Source: a virus
Strand: one strand, 5' to 3'
IMG/VR virus record: IMGVR_UViG_3300009987_000001
Span: 1 to 64,000 of that record
Length of the DNA: 64,000 bases
The notes below the pieces were generated by a model, which saw only the letters and a program-made list of their open reading frames with translations, was not told the origin of the DNA and made no database searches. The position numbers and the translations under genes were made by a program. Of this stretch, positions 33,497 to 42,207 are shown piece by piece (position 1 is the stretch's first letter; each line of letters opens with the position of its first letter).

Positions 33497-33846
33497 CCTG
33501 CGGTCGATCACAATGGTTGCGGGCATACGAAGCGGCAGCTGAACACGGCTCAGCTGTCGTCGAAGCCATCGCAGACGAGAAGCTTGGCTTCCGTATGCCC
33601 GCCAGCGAGGCCGTGAAAGCAGCGCAAGAGCTACTGAACGCAGCAGCGAACGCGCTGAACATGAATCTGACACTGGACGCAAGTCCGGTACCGAGTTTCC
33701 TCCGATGTCGAAGAGCAAACAGTTCAACACCGTCAATGAGCGACGTGAAGAGCGCAAGCGCAGCTTGCGTGATCAACGGCGGCAACGCCGCGACGAGAAA
33801 CATCGAGCGCTCGTGCCCAGCGAGCGAAAACAACGCCCATGAGTGA
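33493..33846 (+). CDS. Hypothetical protein (3' half doubtful)
   Basis: ATGA overlap with the upstream gene. Composition degrades after ~aa 65. An alternative basic 45-aa ORF 33705..33842 (MSKSKQFNTVNERREERKRS...) ends in an ATGA overlap with the DUF551 gene. Confidence 0.45.
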   Translation: MTCGRSQWLRAYEAAAEHGSAVVEAIADEKLGFRMPASEAVKAAQELLNAAANALNMNLTLDASPVPSFLRCRRANSSTPSMSDVKSASAACVINGGNAATRNIERSCPASENNAHE

Positions 33847-34150
33847 GTACACCGAAGGATACATTCCGGTTGAAGAACAGCTGCCAACCTACGGCGAGCG
33901 AGTGTTGCTTCTCACTCAGCGTAAGGACTGGGCCAAGTCCGAATTGCACACCACGATCGGGTTTCGAAAGTTCACCGACACGGACGGCGAGCACTACATC
34001 GATTTGGTCCGCGGCTCGAACTCAGAAGTTTCGGGCTACAGTCACAAGGTAGTGGGCTGGATGCCGCTTCCGCCGAGAAAGTTCCGGCAGAAGCGGCTCT
34101 CGATACCTGAACAGATTAAGCTGGCCAAGCAGTTGGCATCGACCGAGTAG
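33839..34150 (+). CDS. DUF551-like phage protein
   Basis: YIPVEEQLPTYGERVLLL...VVGWMPLPP fits the W/Y-x-x-V-x-x-x-LP ... W-M-P-L-P pattern I associate with DUF551. Confidence 0.55.
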   Translation: MSEYTEGYIPVEEQLPTYGERVLLLTQRKDWAKSELHTTIGFRKFTDTDGEHYIDLVRGSNSEVSGYSHKVVGWMPLPPRKFRQKRLSIPEQIKLAKQLASTE

Positions 34151-34186
34151 TTTTCAACAACGTTCTAAAACGCAAGGAGAATTTCG

Positions 34187-34681
34187 ATGGATGAGCAGTT
34201 CCTGATTCCGCAAGTGAAGAATAGCGTGTTCGACGACATCGTTGCGTCGGCGCCAGGCCGTATCCTGGTGGCAGTGGTCAGTCTGCTGCTACTGACGTCG
34301 GTGCTGCTGTTGATGGCCGGTTGTGGCAGCAAAGAGGTGTCGTTCGACACGCTCGAGTCGGCACGCCTGCAGGCCAAGGACAACGGCATCTGGAACGCGC
34401 AGAAGTTCCGTGCCACCGATCCCCGGTTCTCGGGTTGGGATATCGTGTCGCGCGGCGACAGCTCGCAGGAGCCTCGTTGCCCGCAGGGCGACGGTTGGGT
34501 GTCCATCGACCTGTTCGAGCCGAAAACGGGCGGCGCAGCGTCTCTGAAGTGCTCCACGGTGTCTGTGGCGATCGGCTGCATGACCAGCAGTGACTTCAAG
34601 AACAAGCCGTATGCGCAGGACGACGGTCACTGCCAGCCCGTCACGAAGGTTCCGTTCCCGTTGCCGAAGCTGGTGCAATGA
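34187..34681 (+). CDS. Lipoprotein (lipobox LMAGC)
   Basis: AAGGAG upstream. A hydrophobic h-region VAVVSLLLLTSVLLLMAG-C is followed by a Cys-containing soluble domain. Confidence 0.65.
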   Translation: MDEQFLIPQVKNSVFDDIVASAPGRILVAVVSLLLLTSVLLLMAGCGSKEVSFDTLESARLQAKDNGIWNAQKFRATDPRFSGWDIVSRGDSSQEPRCPQGDGWVSIDLFEPKTGGAASLKCSTVSVAIGCMTSSDFKNKPYAQDDGHCQPVTKVPFPLPKLVQ

Positions 34682-34788
34682 CCACCGTTGCCTGGCTCTT
34701 CGGAGGGTGTATGCTGTTTACTGGTGCTGTCCTTGGATGGACCCTCCGTGGTGCACGCGACTGGATCCGGACACGATTTAGCCGCTGA
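34678..34788 (+). CDS. Possible 36-aa single-pass membrane peptide
   Basis: ATGA overlap with the lipoprotein stop. MTTVAWLFGGCMLFTGAVLGWTLRGARDWIRTRFSR. It ends 15 nt before the terminator. Confidence 0.4.
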   Translation: MTTVAWLFGGCMLFTGAVLGWTLRGARDWIRTRFSR

Positions 34789-34802
34789 CCACCACACTCG
34801 AC

Positions 34803-34832
34803 AGGGGTGAGCAACCCTCACCCCTGCTTTTT
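34803..34832 (+). terminator. Rho-independent terminator
   Basis: AGGGGTGAG-CAACC-CTCACCCCT followed by GCTTTTTG. Confidence 0.75.
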
Positions 34833-34844
34833 GTGCCCTAAAAT

Positions 34845-34921
34845 GCGTCGGTAGCTCAGTCGGTTAGAGCAACCGGCTTTTAACCGGTAGGTCGTGAGTT
34901 CGAGTCTCACCCGACGCACCA
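34845..34921 (+). tRNA. tRNA-Lys (anticodon TTT), CCA encoded
   Basis: Manual cloverleaf: acceptor GCGTCGG/CCGACGC, D stem GCTC/GAGC, anticodon stem ACCGG/CCGGT with loop CTTTTAA, T arm GTGAG-TTCGAGT-CTCAC, discriminator A, then CCA. Confidence 0.9.
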
Positions 34922-34933
34922 CAAGGAACACGT

Positions 34934-35137
34934 ATGCACGTTGTGATAAAGTTTTGGGAGCCGAACGGTTCGTCGCGCCAGGAAGAGGTGTTCGACGAGC
35001 CCCGGCAATTTCAATGCTTGATGGATGTCGTGACGGTGATCTGCCGCAGCGGGATAACTCACAAGTTCCCGATGAGCACGATTGTCGAGCTCGACGTTCG
35101 AGGAGGCTCACATGTCAATGGCCAATTGGCGCAGTAG
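34934..35137 (+). CDS. Hypothetical small protein
   Basis: 67-aa ORF with AAGGAA upstream. First gene after tRNA-Lys. Confidence 0.5.
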   Translation: MHVVIKFWEPNGSSRQEEVFDEPRQFQCLMDVVTVICRSGITHKFPMSTIVELDVRGGSHVNGQLAQ

Positions 35138-35306
35138 GCAGCGCACTAAGAAGAGTTCACAAACCCCTGGGAAAACGAAGGGTGACACCTGCCAGACGAA
35201 CCCGATCAAGAAGTTCTTTGCCAGCAGTCCAAAGGCGTACAAACACCTGGACTACGATCGCTGGCACGAGAAGTTCAAGAAGGCCGCAATCGGCGGTAAC
35301 AAGTGA
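35112..35306 (+). CDS. Hypothetical small basic protein
   Basis: MSMANWRSRQRTKK... with GGAGG 5 nt upstream. The track ORF starts at 35082. Confidence 0.5.
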   Translation: MSMANWRSRQRTKKSSQTPGKTKGDTCQTNPIKKFFASSPKAYKHLDYDRWHEKFKKAAIGGNK

Positions 35307-35485
35307 GCGAGTTCCCGCTTTACCCGCTCGAGCAGCAGGTAGTCGCGGACGTTGACGCGGCATGCAAGGCCGCGGAACAGTTCATAATGAGACACGGTGG
35401 CAGCGGCACTGGCGCCAAAGCGGCCAGCCTGCTTCGAGTGTTGTTGGATGAGATCTACCGACTGCAAAGGAGAGAAAAAGGATGA
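35303..35485 (+). CDS. Hypothetical small protein
   Basis: GTGA overlap with the upstream stop. 60 aa. Confidence 0.5.
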   Translation: MSEFPLYPLEQQVVADVDAACKAAEQFIMRHGGSGTGAKAASLLRVLLDEIYRLQRREKG

Positions 35486-35694
35486 GACGTTTCCTGGCAG
35501 CGTTCGTGCTTTGGTTTCTGGTGATCGCGAGCTACTCGCCGAGCTCCAGTTATCGGCTCGACGCTGCACCTGTCGGCCCGTTCAAGTCACGCGAGGCATG
35601 CGTCAGGGCCGGCGACTTCTGGTTAAACGCCATGAAACGTAAGTTCGGCCCAGGTCTGAAGAACCTGACAGCCACTTGCGTGGCTGACACATAA
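35482..35694 (+). CDS. Small secreted or membrane-anchored protein
   Basis: ATGA overlap. N-terminal MRRFLAAFVLWFLVIASYS is signal-like. Confidence 0.5.
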   Translation: MRRFLAAFVLWFLVIASYSPSSSYRLDAAPVGPFKSREACVRAGDFWLNAMKRKFGPGLKNLTATCVADT

Positions 35695-35730
35695 CATGAA
35701 TGGCCTGGAGATAACGCGATAGACCAGAAG

Positions 35731-38436
35731 TTGTTCACGATCAGCGTCGGCGAGTCGGAGCACTACGCCGACATCAAGGAAACGCACTCCCTGACTTGGC
35801 AGGGAGTGCGCGAGTTCTTCAGCAAACCACCGATCGAGACGGATGAGAAGGGAAGCCACGGCTGGTATTGCCTTGCGAGCTATCAGAGTAACTATCGCGA
35901 CGGCGAGCACTTCCTGCAGCGCTTCGCACTCACGCTCGATTACGACAACATAACGACTTGGGACTTCGACGAGGTGCTCGAAGGTCTCCAAGCGTACGCA
36001 CACATTGCCTACACGACCTGGAGCCACACGCCGGACAAGCCACGGCTGCGCGTCGTATTGCCGCTGAGCCGGCCGGTGTCGCCGATCGAGTTCGAAGTTG
36101 TGTCGCGGTTCGTCGCAGACCAGCTCGGTAGCGGCATCGATCTCACGGCGCGCGAGTCACACAAGGCCGCGCAGTTCATGTTCCTGCCGGAGGTGAAACC
36201 GGATGACGAATCTCGTGCCAATTTCTATTCCAACATCCATGATGGACCATTCGTGGATGTCGAAAATATCCTTCAAACGAAGTTCCTGGATTGGACCGAT
36301 CGTTCTGAATGGCCTGACTATACGATCGGCCCGACTGCACAACACAAAGATAAGGCTGAGGACCCGCGACAGAAGAGGGGCATCGTCGGAGACTTTTGCC
36401 GCTGTTTTACCATCAGCGAAGCTATCGAACGCTTCGAACTCCCCTACGCGCAAGTCGACTCCGGTCGGTGGACTTTCACGCGAGGATCGCGCCCGGAGGG
36501 TGCGGTCGTTTACGATGACGACACCAAGCTCCACTCCCACCACGACAGCGATCCGGCAGCCGGCCAGCACAATGCGTTCGATCTGGTACGCCTTCATCGG
36601 TTCGGTGATCTTGACTACGGAGTCACTGATCTACGGTCGATGGACATCACCGAGTTTCCCAGCTATCGAGCAATGGCAGACTTCGCCCGAGGGCTACCCG
36701 AGGTTAAGGAGGCGTTTCGCGCTGCCGAATTTGAGGACCTTGGTCCTCTATCCGCCGAGGACGAGGCTCAGCTTGATCCCTCTGTTGCGCGAGCAACAGA
36801 AGGCAAGAAGATCACCTTCGAGCGGCTCGCGGAGCTGATCAAAGAGAATGCACACAAAGGGAAGAAACAATGCGATCTAGCCATCACTGTTATCGCTGCT
36901 GGTGCACTGTCGGCCTCGGATACGGAGATGTTAGTTTCTCTTCTCAGAGAGAACTGGTACGACAAGAAGACCGTGCCGAGCAAGAAGGCGGTGCTCGACT
37001 CGATCAAGAGCCAGGCGCGGCGCAACCGCAGCCAGGAGACGGACGAGAACGGGAACACGCCGGACCTGCAGCAGCTGTTGATCCAACAAGTGCTGGACGA
37101 GCACTACGAGAGCGGGACGTACCTGAAGCGCGTCGGCAGGCTTTTCTGGACTTATACGAATGGTGTATGGCGGCCGGTCGCGGACGAGATCGTCCAGGGC
37201 AAGTTGCAGCGCACGGTTGTGCAGTTGCGCCAAGAGCGCAAACAGGACATGGCGAAGCTCGTTGCGGCGGTTGGCGAGTCCAAGACATCGGCGATCGTGG
37301 GCGAGCTGTGGCGCCTGCTGATAGCGTTCGTAGCGGAGAAGGACGACAACAACGACCCTTTGCAGTTGCGGCAGCCGGGCGCGGCAGTGGTGAATTGTCT
37401 CAACGGGGAGATCGTATTTCACGATTCGTCCGGGAAGTCCGTGAAGCCAACGTTGACGGCACACGACCCGGCACGCTTCCTAACGAGCCAGATCCCAGTA
37501 GCGTACGACCCAGCAGCGAAGTGCCCTGAGTGGGATCGCTTCTGTAAGTTGATCTTCCCGCCCGAGCACCAGGTCGAAATGCAGCGCCATCTCGAGGAGC
37601 TCGGTGGGTATCTGATCCAGCACAGCCGCTGGCTCAAGACGTGGGTGCTGTTCCACGGTGCCAGCAATGCCGGTAAGACAACGATCGGCAACGTGTTCAA
37701 CGCGCTGCTCGACAACGCAGCGGTGCAGCGCCCTATGAGCGCGTACGCCGGCCAGAATAACCACGCGGAGGCGGGCCTGGTCGGGAAGCTCATGCTGATC
37801 GACGAAGACTTCGACAAGGGCGCAGTGCTGCCTGACGGCTGGCTGAAGAAGATCTCGGAAGAGAAGCAACTCACTGCGAACCCGAAAGGGAAGGATGAGT
37901 TCAGCTTCCGCTCGCGAGCGCTGCCGATCATCATCAGCAATCACTGGCCGCACACGCGTGACGTGTCAGACGCAATGCGTAATCGCGCGCTGGTGTTCGA
38001 TTTCTCACATGCAATTCCAGCAAAAGAGCGCAGCGATGAAAGACAGAAACGGATGCTCACGGAAGACCTGCCTGGGATTCTCGCACGATTTGTGCAAGGC
38101 TTTGATCGCTTGCGTCGTCGAGGCGATTGGTTGCATCCTGAGCCTTGTATTCTAGCGCGAGAGAAGTGGACGACGCGATCCAACACGATCGCAGCGTTCA
38201 TTGACGAGATGATCGAGAAGACGGAGGATAAGGACGACCGTATCCGTACCGCTGATCTGTGGCAGTCGTATCGCGTGTGGCAACGCGAGGCGGCAATGGG
38301 TGGATACTCGGTAGCGAAGCTCGAGTTCTTTGAACGAGTAGATAAGTTGCTGGGTGGACGCCGATCGTTGCGCGGCACGCAGGTCTACCAGTTCTGTAAA
38401 CTCAAAGCAGATGAGGATCTCGATGGCGATTCGTGA
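35731..38436 (+). CDS. AEP-type primase-polymerase fused to a D5/P4-like SF3 helicase
   Basis: N-terminal TLDYD (DxD) and YTTWSHT (SxH) are AEP motifs. The C-terminal half has Walker A HGASNAGKTT and Walker B LMLIDED. 901 aa. Confidence 0.8.
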   Translation: MFTISVGESEHYADIKETHSLTWQGVREFFSKPPIETDEKGSHGWYCLASYQSNYRDGEHFLQRFALTLDYDNITTWDFDEVLEGLQAYAHIAYTTWSHTPDKPRLRVVLPLSRPVSPIEFEVVSRFVADQLGSGIDLTARESHKAAQFMFLPEVKPDDESRANFYSNIHDGPFVDVENILQTKFLDWTDRSEWPDYTIGPTAQHKDKAEDPRQKRGIVGDFCRCFTISEAIERFELPYAQVDSGRWTFTRGSRPEGAVVYDDDTKLHSHHDSDPAAGQHNAFDLVRLHRFGDLDYGVTDLRSMDITEFPSYRAMADFARGLPEVKEAFRAAEFEDLGPLSAEDEAQLDPSVARATEGKKITFERLAELIKENAHKGKKQCDLAITVIAAGALSASDTEMLVSLLRENWYDKKTVPSKKAVLDSIKSQARRNRSQETDENGNTPDLQQLLIQQVLDEHYESGTYLKRVGRLFWTYTNGVWRPVADEIVQGKLQRTVVQLRQERKQDMAKLVAAVGESKTSAIVGELWRLLIAFVAEKDDNNDPLQLRQPGAAVVNCLNGEIVFHDSSGKSVKPTLTAHDPARFLTSQIPVAYDPAAKCPEWDRFCKLIFPPEHQVEMQRHLEELGGYLIQHSRWLKTWVLFHGASNAGKTTIGNVFNALLDNAAVQRPMSAYAGQNNHAEAGLVGKLMLIDEDFDKGAVLPDGWLKKISEEKQLTANPKGKDEFSFRSRALPIIISNHWPHTRDVSDAMRNRALVFDFSHAIPAKERSDERQKRMLTEDLPGILARFVQGFDRLRRRGDWLHPEPCILAREKWTTRSNTIAAFIDEMIEKTEDKDDRIRTADLWQSYRVWQREAAMGGYSVAKLEFFERVDKLLGGRRSLRGTQVYQFCKLKADEDLDGDS

Positions 38437-38767
38437 CGTCAAACAGGCGATGAAGGAAATGCGTGCCGCGCAAACGAAAGCGCTGCGCGCGTGGAAGAAG
38501 CATTTGGCGCCAGGCACAGCCATCAAATATTTGGATCCAGTTACCAGCGTAATTCGAAATGGAGTGGTGGACACGCATTACGGTAGCTTCCAGATGACCG
38601 TTCTGTACCGGTATCCAGGACTTCAACGCGTGCATAACGGCGACTCAGTGGCCGGTAAACGAAAGAGGTTCGAACAAAAGGGCGAGAAGCTGTTGCATCA
38701 GCCGATCGTGCGCATGCATCGTATTCACGTCGATGACGTCATCGACAACACGAAGGAGATTATTTGA
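38423..38767 (+). CDS. Hypothetical protein
   Basis: MAIRDVKQAMKEM... with a 14-nt overlap with the primase end. The track ORF starts at 38354. Confidence 0.55.
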   Translation: MAIRDVKQAMKEMRAAQTKALRAWKKHLAPGTAIKYLDPVTSVIRNGVVDTHYGSFQMTVLYRYPGLQRVHNGDSVAGKRKRFEQKGEKLLHQPIVRMHRIHVDDVIDNTKEII

Positions 38768-39354
38768 AGGGTTTCTTCACACAGATGGTCCTGGTCGACG
38801 GTGTTCCTACCGTGGCCAACACCGGCGAGTTGCTTGCTTTGGTCAACAACTCGGTGGTCTTGCGATTCTTCGGCGCGCCAGCCCGCACCAAGATCCTCCC
38901 GCTCGAACACACAATCGTCCAGTCGCTCGAGATCTTCGACTCAATTCAGGACTTGCAGTTGTTCATGCAGAAATTCAACGAGCAGAACGGGCCGGCACCT
39001 GTCAAGCAGGCACCGAAGCGCAAGCCAACCGTGATCGCTGCAGTGCCGGATCCTGAGCCGGATGTGACCGACGAAGAGCTCGAAGCGGTCGAAGAAGCGC
39101 CTGCAGAAGAGCAGCCCAATGATCCGCCTCCGCCGCGCAAGCAGACGCCTGAGCAACGCCTCGCACGCAGTACCATGTGGCGCGCTATCTGGAAGGATCC
39201 AGAAATGAGCGACACGTACGTGAGCGGCGTGCACAGCGTCAAGGACGCGAAGCGCAAGATTAATGCGACGCTCGGCACGCAGAAGGAGAGTGACTACTTG
39301 GACGTGAAGCGTGTCCTCGAGGAAGACGTACCCGAAACGGCGCTGATCATCTGA
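38764..39354 (+). CDS. Hypothetical protein with an acidic Pro-rich linker
   Basis: TTGA overlap start. 196 aa. Confidence 0.55.
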   Translation: MKGFFTQMVLVDGVPTVANTGELLALVNNSVVLRFFGAPARTKILPLEHTIVQSLEIFDSIQDLQLFMQKFNEQNGPAPVKQAPKRKPTVIAAVPDPEPDVTDEELEAVEEAPAEEQPNDPPPPRKQTPEQRLARSTMWRAIWKDPEMSDTYVSGVHSVKDAKRKINATLGTQKESDYLDVKRVLEEDVPETALII

Positions 39355-39509
39355 TGTGCCCGAGTGCGTACGCTGATCACGATGAGGATTTCTTCGTGAC
39401 TTGTGAGAACTGCGGCAACGAGCAACCGGACTTTGGTGCTAACGTCGCATGTGAGCAGTGCGGTGAGACGATGCCGTACTATGATGAAGATGGTAATTTG
39501 ATCGACTGA
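39354..39509 (+). CDS. 51-aa zinc-ribbon protein
   Basis: TGATG overlap with the upstream stop. MCPSAYADHDEDFFVTCENCGNEQ...CEQCGETMPYY (CxxC...CxxC). Below the track cutoff. Confidence 0.55.
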   Translation: MCPSAYADHDEDFFVTCENCGNEQPDFGANVACEQCGETMPYYDEDGNLID

Positions 39510-39634
39510 ATCATCGGTTGTTAACTGGACGCCAGCGGGATAGTCAACCGTACAATTTTTCCAGTTTCCTGTACGGGTGCAACGAACAGGCAGACGTAGG
39601 GCTTTACCGCTGACCGATTTACTAGGAGTCTTTT

Positions 39635-40237
39635 ATGAGTAGAGTGTTGATAGGTATTTCAGGTCCCGCTCGGGCGGGCAAGGACACGTTCGCGAACTTC
39701 GTGAAGCGTCGTCTCTATGAGAAGGAACGCTTGCAGCCGAAGCGCTATGCGTTCGCGGCGCCGATTAAATATGGCCTGAAAGCCATGTTTGGTTGGACCG
39801 AGGATCATGTCGACGGCGAGCTGAAGGATGTTCTCGACGAGCGGCTGAATATCATCCCGCGCGAAGCCATGCAGGGGCTTGGTGACTGGGGTCGTACTGA
39901 GAACCTGTGGTTGATGCTGGCCAGGGAAGTGTTCGCTCAGTCATTGCCGCACGGCCTGGTCATCAGTGATGTTCGAACTGAATTCGAAGCAGACTGGATT
40001 CGTAGTGAGGGCGGGGCGGTTGTGGTGCTGCGCAGTACGGCAGCTACGACAACCGGTGTTTTGAGCAAACGTGCGGCACAACACCGCACCGAGGTTACGC
40101 TGGCGCCGAACAGGTTGGACTACCACACCAATCCGTTCGCAGGCCCAGTGGAGTTGGAGATCGAGGCGATTCGATTTGCCGAATGGTTTTTGAAGCAACG
40201 CAAACTGAATAAGGAGTACGTAAAGAGTGTCACTTGA
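39635..40237 (+). CDS. Deoxynucleoside monophosphate kinase (T4 gp1-like)
   Basis: P-loop IGISGPARAGKDTFANFV is typical of phage dNMP kinases. AGGAG upstream. Confidence 0.7.
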   Translation: MSRVLIGISGPARAGKDTFANFVKRRLYEKERLQPKRYAFAAPIKYGLKAMFGWTEDHVDGELKDVLDERLNIIPREAMQGLGDWGRTENLWLMLAREVFAQSLPHGLVISDVRTEFEADWIRSEGGAVVVLRSTAATTTGVLSKRAAQHRTEVTLAPNRLDYHTNPFAGPVELEIEAIRFAEWFLKQRKLNKEYVKSVT

Positions 40238-40730
40238 AATTGGTGTGATGAAGATCTCGGATCAACTGGAGTTTCTCGGGCGGCAGATCGAGAAGCTGAC
40301 TGCTGTATTGAAGCAGTCAGAGCTCAAACAACCGACGGTTGCCGAGAAGCCTGCCGCTGAAGTCGACGCTGAGAAGCCCGCCAACAAGCCGGCCGCTGAG
40401 AAGAAAACACCCAGCGCGGCAGCAGCCAAAGCAAAAGCCAAAGCGAAGGAGGCAGCGGCCAAAGCCGACAAGGAAGAGAAGCAGGTCACGGAAGCGGACT
40501 TCCGTGCCACGCTGACCAAGCTGCAGCAGCACTTCACGACCATCGCGAAGACCACTGCTGAAAAGAATGGCGCGAAGGATCGCTGTCGAGTGGTGATGAA
40601 CCACTTCGGTGGTTCCAAAGCGCTCTCCGAAATCAAGCCGGAGAGCTACGCAAGCATCGTCGACTTCGCCAGCAAAGTCATGGCGGCGGAGGACAACGGC
40701 GAGGAGTTAATGGCCGAAATCGAGGGGTAG
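40227..40730 (+). CDS. Hypothetical protein with an Ala/Lys/Glu low-complexity tract
   Basis: 167-aa track ORF (GTG). The alternative ATG 40248 gives MKISDQ. The minus-strand ORFs here are shadows. Confidence 0.55.
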   Translation: MSLEIGVMKISDQLEFLGRQIEKLTAVLKQSELKQPTVAEKPAAEVDAEKPANKPAAEKKTPSAAAAKAKAKAKEAAAKADKEEKQVTEADFRATLTKLQQHFTTIAKTTAEKNGAKDRCRVVMNHFGGSKALSEIKPESYASIVDFASKVMAAEDNGEELMAEIEG

Positions 40731-40733
40731 TAT

Positions 40734-40964
40734 TTGAACGAAGTCATTCCAAACGAGGAAGAGGGCCCGTTCACCAAGAGTTGGTCTTGGGAAGTCGAGC
40801 TCAAAGATAGCGAGCGCGGTGCTGAGTTCAGGCTTGCGGTCGTTGCTGACTTCTATGACGAGGCATGCGAAGCAGCGGTCTGGGCGGCAGCAACTGAGAA
40901 GCAGCGCCCGCTGAGCAACTACACCGTGATTGGTGTCGTGCGACAGCGCAGGATCACCTACTGA
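40734..40964 (+). CDS. Hypothetical small acidic protein
   Basis: 76-aa ORF with a TTG start 3 nt after the previous stop. Confidence 0.5.
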   Translation: MNEVIPNEEEGPFTKSWSWEVELKDSERGAEFRLAVVADFYDEACEAAVWAAATEKQRPLSNYTVIGVVRQRRITY

Positions 40965-42199
40965 TCGATACAGTAGAAGACGAGCACTCACCGAAGGGCG
41001 GTTCGGCGGTTGAGCGTCTCACGCACTGTGTCGGTTCCTACACAGCGTCCCGCTCGCTGCCGAAAAGCAGCGGCGGGACAACCTTCTACGCTGCCGAGGG
41101 AACAGCAGCGCACACATTGAGCGAATGGGCACGGCTTCAGAGGAAGCCGTGCCGCGCCTTCATTGGTGATGAGATCGAGGTGGAGGGGTACACTTTCACT
41201 GTCGATGAAGAGATGGCAGATTACGTCCAGGAATTCGTCGACTGGTGCGAGAAGGAGCCAGGCGATCAATTCGTTGAAGTCCAGGTGCGGTACAACGAGT
41301 ACATGAAGAACGGCTACGGCCGGCTCGACGATGCTCGTGCAAAGAACGGCCTGGTTGTCATCACGGACCTGAAGTATGGTAAGGTGCCGGTGTTCGCAGA
41401 GAACAACTCACAGCTGCGTATCTACGCACTTGGGTTCTATCTGACCTTCGGTCACCTGTACAACATCGAAGGATTCAAGCTTCGTATTTCGCAGCCTCGT
41501 ATCGATTACGAGGGCGAGGAAGTGATCACGATCGAACAGCTCCTCGAGTGGGCCGACCGTGTGATCCGACCGACGGAAGAGAAGCTCGAGTCCGGCGTGT
41601 TGGAGTTCAATGCTGGTCCCTGGTGCCGCTACTGCCCGATCAAATTCGGGTGCGAGACACGGCAGCAGTGGATACTGTCGCAGATTCCTACTCTGGAACC
41701 TGTGGATCCTGCAACTGAGTTCGAGAACTTGGACGAGCAAGCGGCGGCGATCGTCAACGATCCGCCAAAGTTCAGCGCGGACATGCCGATCGAACGTCTC
41801 AACTTGTTGCTGCAAGCGGCGCCGGCCGTCATCAAATATTTCAAGGACATTCAGAGCTACGCGAACAGCCTGCTGAAGGTGGGTGTCGAAGAGCTCGAAC
41901 AAAATTGGAAGTTGGTGCCTGGTCGAAATGTGCGCTACTTCAAAGTACCCGACGCCGAGGTTGTTGAAGAGTTGCAGTGGCAGGGGTTGGATGATGACGA
42001 TATTTGGGAGCCGCGTAAGATACGGTCCCCGAAGCAACTCGAGAAGAAGCTGGGGAAGAAGCACTCGTTCTTCACCGACTTCGTGGACAAGAAACCAGGA
42101 AAGAAGCTGACGCTGGTACCCGTATCAGATAAGCGCCCTGGGTTGAATCGAACTCAAATCGTTGAGTTCGAGAATTTGGATGACGAAGACGAGGAGTAA
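40961..42199 (+). CDS. DUF2800-like PD-(D/E)XK (Cas4-like) nuclease, probable CTG start
   Basis: GRLDDARAKNGLVVITDLKYGKVPVFAENNSQLRIYALGF plus a C-terminal CRYCPIKFGC. The conserved-looking N-terminus (HSPKGGSAVERLTHCVGSY...FYAAEGTAAHTL) lies upstream of the first canonical start (TTG 41117). Confidence 0.65.
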   Translation: MIDTVEDEHSPKGGSAVERLTHCVGSYTASRSLPKSSGGTTFYAAEGTAAHTLSEWARLQRKPCRAFIGDEIEVEGYTFTVDEEMADYVQEFVDWCEKEPGDQFVEVQVRYNEYMKNGYGRLDDARAKNGLVVITDLKYGKVPVFAENNSQLRIYALGFYLTFGHLYNIEGFKLRISQPRIDYEGEEVITIEQLLEWADRVIRPTEEKLESGVLEFNAGPWCRYCPIKFGCETRQQWILSQIPTLEPVDPATEFENLDEQAAAIVNDPPKFSADMPIERLNLLLQAAPAVIKYFKDIQSYANSLLKVGVEELEQNWKLVPGRNVRYFKVPDAEVVEELQWQGLDDDDIWEPRKIRSPKQLEKKLGKKHSFFTDFVDKKPGKKLTLVPVSDKRPGLNRTQIVEFENLDDEDEE

Positions 42200-42207
42200 G
42201 AAGTAGT

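Noticed and set aside
34187-34788. Lipoprotein plus TM peptide as an Rz1/Rz-type spanin pair
   Set aside because: They are far from the lysis cassette and on the opposite strand block. The lipoprotein is too large for an o-spanin, and the TM peptide lacks a periplasmic coiled coil.
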